Assembly (NCBI GenBank): GCA_020891255.1 | Contig: BQFW01000001.1 | Coordinates: forward strand, 1,860,001-1,924,000 | From: Entomortierella parvispora E1425 | Taxonomy: Eukaryota > Fungi > Mortierellomycota | Length of the DNA: 64,000 nt | Direction of reading: 5' to 3' | Shown here: positions 13,701 to 28,594 of the stretch, piece after piece | Position numbering within the stretch: position 1 is the stretch's first letter | How the letters are laid out: each line of letters begins with the position of its first letter | Program-made: the position numbers and the translations under genes | The notes under the pieces: generated by a model | Databases searched by the model: none | What the model saw: the letters and a program-made list of their open reading frames with translations, nothing else | What the model was told of the DNA's origin: nothing

Positions 13701-14637
13701 GAGCGGCGGAAGTCCATTCAAAGTCGATGACGCATATTGCCGTTCCGTCAATTGATCCTGTACCTGTCCTCCCAACGTCCTTGTGCCATGTGTAGTAGCT
13801 GGGTGTGTAGCGGATTGACTTCTAGGACGCGCCATGACTCCTGCACCTGGTTCCTCTTTCCCGTTATCGTCTTTGTCAGATTCGCTTTGATCTTCTTCCT
13901 CTTCCAGTATCAGCAGGGGGCCGCGTGATGTCGCGTCCCGGTTACCAGAACAGGAGGAAGAAGAGGATTTGGCCACGATGGCCACGAGTCCTTCTTCGCG
14001 GGCATCCACGCTGATGGTGCAGGTGCCGTTGTCGTTGTCGTTGTCGTTGCTGTTGCTGATGCTGCCGCTACTGCTCTCAACGCCAGAATGAATCGAGATG
14101 AACGACGCGACATGATTACTGCCATCTTTGTCCCATCCATTCGCGGCAATGGTCAGCTGCATCACCAATTCCTGTTGAGCCTTCTGTGCACTGTTTCTTC
14201 TTTCCGCCTGTTGGAGTGAACTGGCGTTTGAGTCTTGGTAGAAAAGAGCCGATGGTTGCTGTTGTATTGGTGGTTGTTCTTGTTCTTGAAAGTACTGTGA
14301 GGGCGCATGCCGCTGTGACCGTTGGTGTCTTTGTTGTGGGGGGAGAGGTGGGGGAGGAGGAAGGAGGTGGTGGTGGTGTTGAAGCTGGGGGTGGTGCCGT
14401 GGTCTATGTTGTTGTTGTTCTTGTTGCACGGCAAGACTGTCCTTCTTATTGTTGTTGTTGTTGTCGCTGCCAGAGTGGCCATGGTGAGCCTGGGCGGACG
14501 ACTGTCGCACGGGCATGGCCCGCTGCAAGGATGGTGCAGACTCTGTGTGGTCACGACCATGGTCATCGTCGATATCGTAATCACTGTCCGTGACATCGAG
14601 CTCACTGTCCTCCTCAGAGCCGATCCCCTCCTCCCCT

Positions 14638-14672
<35 letters not shown>

Positions 14673-14987
14673 ACCCTCATAGCCGTCTTTGCCCTCATCC
14701 GAGTCGTCGACAAAGTCACTGTCTGTCTCGATCCCTTCAACGGCATCGCGATGAAGGACAGTCGTTATGAGAACCTGCGACGGTCGGTCTGAGAGTGCAG
14801 AGGATGATACAGAGGATGATGTGGATGCGACCGATGGATCCCGTGTTTGATCCCTTGGTGCCTGTGTCGACACGATCCTTGTTCCTGTCCGGGCAGACAA
14901 TGCGTTGATTTGAGGAACCAAGGAGGGATCCTTCTCGACCAGCACTTGGACTTGACGGAGAGCATGCAAGTGCTGAGCAACCATCAT
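10764..14987 (-). CDS. Large low-complexity protein with C-terminal FYVE zinc finger (possibly Pib2-like)
   Basis: The 928-aa and 423-aa ORFs join through a phase-0 intron 12251-12159 (GTAAAA...TAG). The join gives RHWK|PDDSRESCAFCFAPFHRITNPRHHCRKCGDIFCGKC ... ARICVGC, i.e. the WxxD, HHCR and RxC FYVE motifs. Exons 14987-12252 and 12158-10764. Confidence 0.85.
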
Positions 14988-16738
14988 TGTCTGGAGGAAA
15001 AAAAAACAAAGGTGGAGAAGAAAAAAGTGAAGAAAACAAAAAAGAGCGGACGAGAGAAGAGGTGAGTTAAGTGAATGAGTGGATATGTGACGATGGTGAA
15101 GGAGGAAGGGTGGGAGCGAGGCGTGTGGTGCAAAAGAAAAAAAAATATCCAGGTCTGGCGGTTGGGAGTCTTCTTTCCAGTCTGGGTTGGCGTGGGATGC
15201 AATGAAAAAAGGATATGGAGAGCAGGCAAGCAGGCAACAATGAAAAAAAGGGTGTTATCGAGACGAACCCGGTCGTTATATTTGGGTCCTGGATTCCTCT
15301 GTCGCAGAAATGAACAAGAGCGCTTTGAGTCAGTCGTCGTTTGTTCCAGAGCGAGCGAGCAGTGTGGTTCAGAGTGGAAGGAGTCAAGGCTGAGTGAGGC
15401 GTGAAAGAGAGAGTTTGCGGGTTGGGATGGGCGGTGGTGAGAGACTTGGGTCAGGGTCAAAGGGTCGGTTGGTCGGCTGTTCCGTCAGGACGTCAGGCAG
15501 ACAAGCAGGTCTGAACAAAAGGGGGCGTCTGCCGATAAAAAAAAAAGAGGTCCAATGCAGGCGATGGCTGGGATGGGAAGCGCAAGGCGAGGGAAGAGAG
15601 GAAACAAACAAAGCGATGAGAAAGAAACAAAGAAAAAGAGAACAGCAAAGCACGGAAAAAAGGAATTCAATGGGTGGCACAAGGTCAAGAGAAAGAAAGA
15701 AAGCAAAAGGAGAAAAAAGAAAGAGCAAGGAGATAAGGAACGAGACCAGCGGACTGCATTCAGGGCCCCTGCCAGAAACAGAAACGAGAGGAGATCACGG
15801 TGGGTCAACCTTGGTTCTGACAATGGTGATGATGTGAAGATGCCTCTGTTGCTTTACGTGTTGAAGTCTGGGCAACAGGACAACAACAAAGAGCACAACA
15901 AGATGACAGAAAAAAAAAAGAGGGGAGGGGGAAGGATGTGTCCATATAGTCGCTCTATCTTTCTTTTTGCCCCCCCCCCTCTCTCCCCATCGACCGACCA
16001 CGCGGACGCTGCATCGCATTGCATCTAATCCTGCAAGGAACTTTGACAACATGAACACCCATTGAGCCTACGGGCGCGAAGGATGACCATGGATCCATTG
16101 GGAGGGGCTTCCAAGCAGTAGCGGGATTGTGCTCGAGGCAGGCAGGCGCGTCTCAGTCACCCCGAGTCCTCCTGCTCGTTTCTTGTTTCTTATCCTCTCC
16201 ATCTGTATCTACCTTTCTCGGCCGTTTCAACTCCGCAGGAAACTCGAAGTAGTCACTTGCTCTGTCGTCTTTTGTGCACTTTTTGTTTGCCTGATACTCT
16301 CTTACCAATGTTCTTGTTCTCATGAATGAACGTTCATCGTTTCTGTCCTTAGAGTGCAATCAATCCAATACGATTTGCGCCATGAGCAATTCGCTTCGCC
16401 GCTCCCACGGCAACAAGATGGATGTTGAATGACCAAACCCCGCATGGTTGCGTGGCCAAAAAAAGGGGGAAGGGGAGTGGGATCCCAGCCCAGCCTACCC
16501 ACCCACCCCCCTTCGTTTCAGATCCTCTTTTGTAATTTCGGGAAAGAACACGAATGAAAGCGGCATGTGTCCAAAATTTGTTGCTTAGGGTTGGGCTCCA
16601 GTTCTGTCAAAAACAAAGTGAGCAAAGAAAAATCTTGCAAATATTCAAGGGTCGCGGTCGCACAAAACCGAGAACGGGAACATTAGGCAAAGGCGCTTGT
16701 TGAAAAGGGGATTGTTCAAAGGTTCCACTTTTTTTCCC

Positions 16739-17809
16739 CTACCGACGACGAACTTCATTTATTTTTCCAGTAGATTCTTCAGAAACAGTCTCTAGGCGCT
16801 CATCGTCCTCCTGGACTTGTTTCTCAAGGGCTGTCCATAGGTTGTTCATGTCTGCCTGCAGATCACTTTGTCGCTTGAGTTGAAAGATCAGCCGTGAAGA
16901 TGTTGACGTACGAGCGTGGCGGGCCAGCATGGCCTTGAAGGCTGCCGCGTGCGTAGAAACAGCATCAGTAATCTCGTCCTAAATATCAACCAGTTTTCCA
17001 TTTGTTACTTCTTGCGTTTTTTTTTTCTGTTTCCACTTTTGGGATTGTGTCAGTTCAATTGCAGTAATGGCAAAGGCAAGATAAGGCGTAGACCTACCGC
17101 CGTGACGCGTCCAGTTGGTTTAGGCCGATACCAAAGCTGGAATGTCTTTCTGTCTTGTAGAAGCTTGATCTCTGTGACTTCAAAGTAGTCCCGGTGAAAG
17201 TATGGATGAGGGAGAACATCGCGAGCATAAACTTGTTCCAAAGCCCTCGAAGCGACGTTTTCAAATCCAGTCTTTTTGCTCAACGATCCTCTGGACTTTG
17301 CTCCCGTGATTGCACTTTGCTCTGTGGATTCTTCTGCTGTTGTAGCCAGATCATTTATATCCTGATACTCCTCCTGAGCATTCCGCCATTTGGTTGCTGC
17401 AATCTTTTTAGGAGATCTTGACCTGTCCACGCCTAATTTGTTTTCCTGTTGGCAGGGTCCATATAATCTGAAGATTAGTATGCGATCCAACGATGAGATG
17501 GGGCTTCTCAAGTCCAAATCAATTCGGGAACCTTACAGACTTCCGCAGAGTTCTTTTATCAGGGTTGAAGAAGATCCTGTATTTCCCTGGAATCGCCACT
17601 TCCTCTAGTATAGTCTTCCGGAGTGCGTTAACAGAGTTTGGGTCGCTGTTTCCTTGTGGATCTCGAGACTTGACCGACCGTCGAGCATCTGCACATTCAC
17701 AGGTTCGAGTAAATGTCCTGCATGCCGTTCTTTGTACTGGTATCCTGATTCCTGTTACGTTCGATAAAACTGGGCGTGCCGCGGCGACGGATCTTGTTAC
17801 GAAATACAT
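16739..17809 (-). CDS. Putative mitochondrial ribosome-binding factor A (RbfA)-like protein
   Basis: Exons 17809-17537, ~17445-17098 (acceptor uncertain), 16978-16739. R/S/T-rich acid-poor N-terminus resembles a mitochondrial presequence. Core FEVTEIKLLQDRKTFQLWYRP...DEITDAVSTHAAAFKAMLARH...RLIFQ follows the RbfA pattern. Confidence 0.5.
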
Positions 17810-18100
17810 TTGAAATGGGTGAATGAGCAAAGGGTGGTTGGTGTATGCCTGCATGATCCCATATGCTCCCATATGTTAAAAAACGTGACTGCTCACTCTT
17901 TGCCACCAACTTCTCTGAACCGCGTTCTATGTATCTCGGTACTTGGCAAAAACCAACCATCCTCATGAAGCCTTGCACAAGATATTTGTTATCGTGTTTG
18001 CAGAAGATGGCCTTTATTTGGGCAAGGAGAAAAAAAATGTACAAAGTTCTTTAAAAGGTACGAAAGCCAACGCATTCCCATCAAATAAAGAATGTATGAC

Positions 18101-20942
<2,842 letters not shown>

Positions 20943-21270
20943 GAGGGTATAAGTAGCAGTTGGAAGTAGGGTGGAGAAGAAAGAGAGGAAGGGATAAAGA
21001 GAATAAAGAAAATAGAGAGAGAGAGAGAGAGAGAGAGAAAAGAAAAAGAGGAGAGGAATGAAGAGAGAATGAAGAGATGAATGGAAGCAAGATGAATGAG
21101 AGAAAACAGAAGGAAAGAAAAGAAAAGACGCGAATGAAGGAGAACCAAGCTTCTTTTTTTGGCCGGGTCTTGTTTGGTCTCGCTTGGCTTGCGCGTTGCT
21201 CTGCCCAGATGGATGGACAAGGACAAGGACGGGCGCCTCCCTCCCATGCTGTCCTTGTTCGTCCCAACCA

Positions 21271-21402
21271 GGACAGGACAGGACAGGACAGGACAGGACA
21301 GGACAGGACAGGACGGGCAAGACAAGGCAGGGCCGGCGAGGGAGGCGATGTGCAGACAAGGAAGCAGGGACAGGGACAGGGACAGGGACAGGAACAGGGA
21401 CA
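21271..21402. repeat. (GGACA)8 and (GGGACA)n microsatellites in the GFA1/ATG1 divergent intergenic region
   Basis: Directly visible tandem pentamer 21271-21314 and hexamer 21367-21402. Confidence 0.95.
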
Positions 21403-22279
21403 AGGCAAGGAGGGGAGACACACATCAGTGCGGGTGCACTGGTGCACGGGTGTTGACCCATGTTGACCAATGGCACCACTGTCGGCAGCACGCAGACAGA
21501 CAGACAGACAGACAAGACAGACATGACAGACAGACAAGGTCGAGCAGGCAGGGGATCCATTGATGGACCTCTGGCCACTGTAGCAAAGAAAAAAGACGGC
21601 CGTGACCGTGGGTGCAGTGCTGTGCGCCAATTCGTCCCTTTTGCACGCGGTGCCTGGTTGGTGGCACTTTATATATGTGGTCTGTCAGTCTGTCTGTCAG
21701 TCAGTCCGTCAGTCACAGTATCTGGGTCACCGTAGTGGGTCACACTCACAGCCCTTGGAGTCAGTCACAAAGACATCACACTCACACTCTGTCATCATCA
21801 TCATATCATCCAGGCTATCATTCCTGGCATTCATCCATGTTATTGCATTCATTTCATTTGCTGCGTCTCCTGACCACACGTCTGGCGGATGTGACTCGAC
21901 CATGGCGTCTTATCTTCATTCTGCTTCGCTTTCTTGTTCTTTGTTCTCTTTGTTCTCTTTTCTCTCCCCATCCATCTCTCTATTCTTCTACTCTACTCTT
22001 CTCTTCACTCACTCTCTCCTTCCTTCTCTTTCTCTTTCTCTTTCTCTTTCGCTCTCTCTCTCTCTCTCCCCCACTGCGTTCTATCTATCGCCCGCGTCTC
22101 TTGCTTGACCCCTTTCCCGTCTCGTCTCATTACACCTTCACTTTGCTCCCTTCCTTCCTTTGTGTTTGTTGCACAGTCATCCATCTCCCCTCCGTCTCGT
22201 CGCTGTCCATCTTGATTCATCCCATACCGTCGTCCACACTCACATCCTCCAAGGACCCCCCTGCCCCTCTGGTCACCTA

Positions 22280-25200
22280 ATGTCGAGCAATGTAAAGACT
22301 GCCCCGCCAGAGACCACCCAGGTGGGCGACTACATTGTCGAGTACGAGATTGGTCGAGGCTCCTTTGCCACCGTCTACAAGGGCTTCCACAAGGTAACCC
22401 CATCGATAAACAACACATGCTTCGCCTTCACATATATGCTCTCGCTCTCGCTCTCACTGGGCTATTTTTTGTAATGACACCACACACCATGGCATTCCAT
22501 CTCATCTCTTGGCTCCGACTCGCTCGACGCGCTAATGTCCTCTGCTTGTTCATAGTCGACAAAGGAGCCCGTGGCGATCAAATCGGTTCTCCGCTCCAAA
22601 CTCACCAAAAAGCTGCTGGAGAACCTTGCGAGCGAGATCAACATCTTGAAGGGCATCCGGCATGACCACATTGTCGCCCTGGTCGACTGCATGGTAGGTA
22701 CACAACCCCGTTCCCGATGCGATAAGGGTGCGTGGACTTACTGACTAACAATCTCCCCCCTATTTGTTCTCCTCCTGCACCGCTTCACAGGAAACAGAGA
22801 CGCACATCCACCTTGTCATGGAGTACTGCTCACAAGGGGACCTCTCCCAGTACATCAAGAGGAAGGGCGATGGCCCGCCTTCGCTCCCCTCGCCACCGGG
22901 CGGTGGGCTGAACGAGGTCGTTGTCCGACACTTTCTGAAGCAGCTCGGTATGTCCAACGTTGCACTGCAGTCAGATCTCGTCCATCGTCTAAATTTATTA
23001 ATCCGCATTCATGGCTGCGGTCGTCCATGTCTCACACCCATGCAGCCTCTGCACTAGAGTTTCTTCGATCCAAGAATCTGATTCATCGCGATCTCAAGCC
23101 TCAGGTAAGGCTCCATTGCAAGCACATCCAGTCGCTGGTGCCGTTGCAAAGTGCTATGGCGCAACGTCTCGTTGGTCTGACGACATTTCCCCCCCCCTTG
23201 TTATTGTATTCTAGAATCTACTTCTTCATCCCGCCAGCAGTGTCAAGGAGGGAAGTGGCTATGGTTTGCCTGTGCTGAAGGTGGCCGACTTTGGATTTGC
23301 GCGATCTCTCCCCCACCTGAGTTTGGCAGAGACCCTCTGCGGCTCTCCTTTGTATATGGCGCCAGAGATTCTACGCTACGAAAAATATGACGCCAAGGCC
23401 GATCTCTGGAGTGTCGGGACTGTGCTCTACGAGATGTGCACAGGAAAGCCACCGTTCAGGGCCCAGAACCACGTAGAGCTTTTGAAAAGGATTGAAAAGG
23501 CTCAGGATGCGATATCTTTTCCTGGAGAACCCACCCCCGACGACCGATCGGGTACATCACCAGCACAAAAGACCAACCAAGTCATTGTTCCTATTAGCGA
23601 TGATATCAAAGAGCTCATTCGACAGCTCTTGAAACGGAACCCGGTAGAGAGGATCTCCTTTGAAGAGTTTTTCATGAATCCTACCGTATCGAATCTCCCT
23701 CCTCGTAGTCGATCACGATCATCCAACAATTCATCGACGCAGGACCCTGTTAGAGGCGATCAGCTCACCCTAGAGTCGTCAAAGTACCGCAATCAAACGG
23801 TCGATACTATCTTTCGGAATGAACGAAAGCTGACAACCATCCCTCCTGTTCCTCGGGACATCACCGACCCTCCTCTTGAATCGCCCCTTCGGTCAAAGCC
23901 TCGATCACTCCGAGGAGGCTCTCCCTCTTCAGCACCCGATAATAGACCGCCCTTGCAACTCCCAATATCCTCCCCAAAGACTGCTCATGTGTACGTGGGG
24001 CAAAAGCCACTTTCGTCAAACGAACTCTCGTCACAGCCTTCTTCTGCTCCAATCAACACGTCGGCTCGCAGAATGCGGACAATGGATGTCAATGCGGAAA
24101 CTGCACACAGGACTTTGACCCCCCAACCTTCATCGCAACCCAATCGTCGGAGCATGCCTGTTGGAATCACTGACGTGTCTCGACGATACAGTGTACCCGA
24201 GGATGACGCTCTCTTGGACAAGGATTATGTTGTTGTCGAGAAACGAGCAGTCGAGTTGAATGTTCTCGCTGATGGTAATATATGTCTGTTGTCTGTTGTT
24301 AACATGAATACCTTGCTTTACACTGTTCCTACAACTGACCCATTATTGACCATTGTAGAGGTGGCGGCTTCTCCAGCAACTACTTCGGGACGTTCCAAGA
24401 CCAGCCCGGGTCAAGGACAGAGCAATACTCTCTCGCCGCCTATCCCAACATCGCTAACACAGTATCGGACACCTCCCCCGCCATTTATACCCTACCCTTA
24501 CACAGCTACAGCACAAACAACCAACAACACCCTCTTTTTCTCAACCACTCCCCCTTTTGCACTCCCTGCGACCCCAGTCCCAGAAGAGCCAAAATCCACC
24601 GTTCCTTTGCATCGACCTGCCCTTGGACAAGTTCAGCCGACTTCATCACCAGTAACTGTTCGCTCTGGTAGCCCACGGGATGGGGGTGCAACCTCAGCCT
24701 TGGCCAAGGCCATATCCATGGCATCGATGAGACTCTTTGGCGCGTCGTCGTCTCCGCCTTCATGGAGGAATAACACGTCGTTGATTGGCTTTAACGACGG
24801 ATCTGCAAGCAGGACTGGAGGTTCCATGGACGCCAACCCAGAGGAAAATGGTGTCTTGCAAACAATTGAAGACACAGCCCACAAGGCATATGTGGTGTCC
24901 CAATTCGGAGACTCCAAGATGGATGGGATTCGGCCTCTGAACGGGCTTCATTATTCGCCCACGGAGGATCAGGAACCGACCAAGGATAGCATTTTGGCTG
25001 AAGAGGCGTTTTTCCTTTACTTGCGCGCATTGGCGCTCTTGCAGTCGGGTATGGATGTTGCCCGAAAGTATTGGGAGGAGCGTCGTCTTGAATCCAAGCC
25101 AGCCTCACAGAGACTCAACAATGGCGTGCAATGGATCCGGGATCGGTTCAATGAGTGCTTGGAAAAAGCAGAGTCTGCCAGACAACGTTCAGGGATAGAT

Positions 25201-25649
25201 CACCGAGACGAGAGTGGAGTTGTTATTGAAAAGCTTATTTATGAGCGCGCTCTGGAACTGGTAGGCATCTTTCTGGGTGTTGCGATGATGGTAGATTCCT
25301 CGTCAGCTCATCACTAACTTTGTTCTCTCCATTCTTACAGAGCAAAGCGGCGGCATTGAAGGAACTTGTCAGTGACGACTATGGAGAGAGTGAAAAGTCG
25401 TACCAGACTTCAATTTGGATGCTACATGCCATTTTGGACGGCGCTGGTGAGGATGGACGAAGTGAAGCTATTGAGGATGACGATCGTGAGATTCTGAACA
25501 AATGTAAGGCATTGAATATGGACAAAATGTACCGATATGTTTTTCTTTAGACTGACATTTCGTTCTCATTGGTTCAACTGCTAGTTATTCGATCCATTGA
25601 AAACCGGCTGAGCTTGCTTCGACGAAGGATTGCCGGCGCCAGGACCTGA
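22280..25649 (+). CDS. ATG1: Serine/threonine kinase Atg1 (autophagy)
   Basis: [47 protein letters not shown], the DYVVVEKR motif and a C-terminal tandem-MIT-type region. Exons 22280-22393, 22556-22693, 22791-22947, 23046-23104, 23215-24274, 24359-25260, 25341-25503, 25585-25649. Confidence 0.95.
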
Positions 25650-25847
25650 TACTGAATCTAGATACCATCAGAAGATCCAACCTCGCTGCTCTGTTCGCCT
25701 AGCAACCCCCTGTCGTTGACGATGGTCACCTCCGTTTTGGGAGTGGCTCTGCAACCGACCCAAGAACCCAAGAAAGAACTGAGCACACACACCCTAATTC
25801 AACTTGACAGTTGGCACTCGTTCACTTGGTACAATCCACAGCGGACA

Positions 25848-25883
<36 letters not shown>

Positions 25884-27039
25884 GAGGCGACAAATGCACT
25901 CATTTTTTACGTATGGGTCTAATATTTGTAAACAATAAAAAAAACCCCCCCTCATTCTCTTCCTTGTCAACACGGGGCGCAGAGAGAGAAAGAGAAAGAG
26001 AGAGAGAGAAAGAGTGAGAGGTCTTGCCCCAAGTTTATTCTCCGGATGGAACCCAACCGTGTTGAGGCAGCGGAACACATAGAGTGAGCGTGGATGGGTG
26101 ACACGAGACGGTCATCTGGTGTTTGCACCAAAGATATTTTTGCAGGCACCTCCTATCTTTGTAGTCGACAAGTCTTGTGAGGCAAGTTGCGCATGCGGAC
26201 AAGAGCAGGGGTCAGGTCTGCAATCGAGTCGAGGGTCACGCTTGTCCTGGGGCAGGCAAAGACAGGTCATGGCTGAGCGAATGTCGTCGTCCTGGTCGTG
26301 ATCAGCTATTCGGCGGTCTCCCCCCACCCCCTTTTTTGTGTCTGGACTGGGCACCTCACTTTGACCTGCATGCCCTGCTTTTCTGTCCTGTCCGTGCTGA
26401 CAATGGCGCACTCTTCTCCTTCTTCTTCTCCTTCCCGTCCATCCTCTTTCCTCTTTCCTCCTCCTCCCTCTGTCGACGACTCTTTCCACGCCTGTCCGGC
26501 AGTCTCGTCTCGAAACCCCCTCCAGCAACGGCTCTTGTTTTGATTTTTTTTTTCCTTCCCCTCCTGCAGGATCTTTTTTCTGCTCAATTTATTTCACAAC
26601 CGACCTAGTCTTTTTGTTTTGATCGTTCCTCCACGACTTTGTTTCCTTGCACTTTCTTTCTTGACCCCATCATACCTCTCCAGACCCTCACTCTTCCTCG
26701 ACTGTCTTTTTCTTCTCTTGACGACAAAAGAACTGCCCAGATCACCTAGCAGCACAGAGACGTAAACTCCACACGCTCACGACCACAACTGTACACTCCT
26801 ATCTTCTTCACTTCAACTGCAATCTCCCGATACACGGCCCCGTCTGCTCTTTCTTTTCCGTTTCCTGAAAACCCATTCCCCTACTTCACACTCGTCCACT
26901 TTTACGACAATAGACTTGAAGAAGGCCAATCCACAACCTTCTTCTCTTCACTACCCTCTCGACGCCATCCGGTTCCTCCCTCTCCCTCTCTTTCAATCAA
27001 ACACTTTTTGTCCCTATTTCAGATCCACATATATCAATC

Positions 27040-28228
27040 ATGGGAAGCCTTTTTTCAAAGTCGTCAAAGACTCCAAAGTCCAAGGACCCCAAGTGGCAGG
27101 GAATAGGTCCTAACACTCCCCTCCCAGGAGGGAACAGCAGCAGCAACAACAATAATTACCAGACAGGCGGAAGTAGCTACGGCAATCGTTATGGCATTGG
27201 GGCATCATCACAAGGCCAGGGCCGATCACCCACACTGGCGACCCTCGACAGCAGAAACAGCAACGCGACAAAAAAGAAGAGCAACAGTCAACAAGAAAAG
27301 TCTTCAAAGATCAACCTCATGCGCAAGATGGATCCCAAGGGCAAGGCAGGAGCGCACCGAAAGGTGATCATTACAAAGAACTTGATCGGCTTGCCTTCGG
27401 ATTTCCGAGTACGTTGTTCTCTCTCTCTCTCTCTCTCTCTTTCGCTCTCCTTTTCCCTCTCCTCTCCACAGTGTTGTGTTCTTACCCCCCCCCCCCCCTG
27501 CACGTTTTCTTTCCCCCCTCACCCTCTTCCCCTGTCCAACCTTCGGCGTGATGTCTTTGTCCTCCCCCTCCTCGTACCTCTTTCCCAAATGACGTTTCTT
27601 ACGCAACCATTCACACAACGCTCACCGTTCCAACAAATTCCCCTTTTTCGCTAACGTCTCTGTGTTTGCCTCATATCCTGTAGCATACTGGACACATTGG
27701 TGCAGGTGAGGTCCGCAGTGGCCAAATTGATGTAAGTCCTTTCAGATATTCCAACGTGATCCAATGTCATCGGTGATGACGAGGACCTTTATTTCTTGCC
27801 GCCACGAGTTCAAAAACAAGACCACAAATGCCCGGGCTGTGTGGTTGAAAATCTTTTTCTCCACACCGGGTGGGGACGATGATGCATTTTTCAAGACATG
27901 ACATGACCATCCTTCTAAATCGCATGACCACACGCGACTTCCCTATGTTTTTATAGCCGGAAAAGATCAAGAACCAGATGATGGAGGTGGCGGCTTGTTT
28001 GAAGCTGGACATCAATGCCCCGATCCCCATGCTCAAGACCATGCCCGTCCAGCCAGAAAACAGAGATCACCCTTCGAACAACCAGGTGTGCATTTTTTTT
28101 TCAATCATTTTGGTGCCTGAAAGGATATCATCATTCCATGATCTTTGACTTACAGTCTCTTTTTGCCTGATTAGCCCGATCCGCTGGGACGGTACGGAGT
28201 GCGCCCTGGGGCCGTTGCTGCACATTGA
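27040..28228 (+). CDS. Small (~199 aa) N-myristoylated CRIB/PBD protein, CDC42 small effector-like
   Basis: MGSLFSK myristoylation consensus. The spliced CRIB IGLPSDFR|HTGHIGAG spans an intron. Exons 27040-27408, 27684-27731, 27957-28085, 28175-28228 (last acceptor less certain). Confidence 0.75.
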
Positions 28229-28594
28229 ACGCGAGTGACAACAAAACAAGACCTAGTCCAATAACCAATAACCAATCACCAATATCCCAAAACCAGCCCA
28301 CCGTTTCCCTTTTCCTCATTTTGTGCTCCAATCCAAGTCAGGAGCTGGTGTCTGACCAGCTTGAAGCACACGAGTGTAGTTTTGCGTAGATGCCAGTTTC
28401 ACGTAATGATAAAATACGTACGCACCGCTGATCCCCTCGACTGGTTCCTGACAGGAACGCGTATTTTTGCGGTCGATCTGGCTGCGCGTTTCGCAGTCAC
28501 ATTTTTTCTTGCTTGCGTGTCTATTCCTTTTCGTCGTTGTTCTCATCTCTTCATCGCATTCCATTCTACCTCCCATCACCCTCACAAAGAAGCC

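Noticed and set aside
14984-16060. Many 100-160 aa ORFs rich in F/L/S or K/R/E
   Set aside because: These are translations of CT/GA-rich promoter and microsatellite DNA. The same applies to 20800-22280, 47100-48600 and 52800-53350.
24275-24358. 84-nt in-frame segment in ATG1 read as coding by the ORF track
   Set aside because: It has a GT donor, a CTGAC branch-like site and a TAG acceptor, and interrupts the conserved VLAD|E junction, so it is treated as an ordinary intron.
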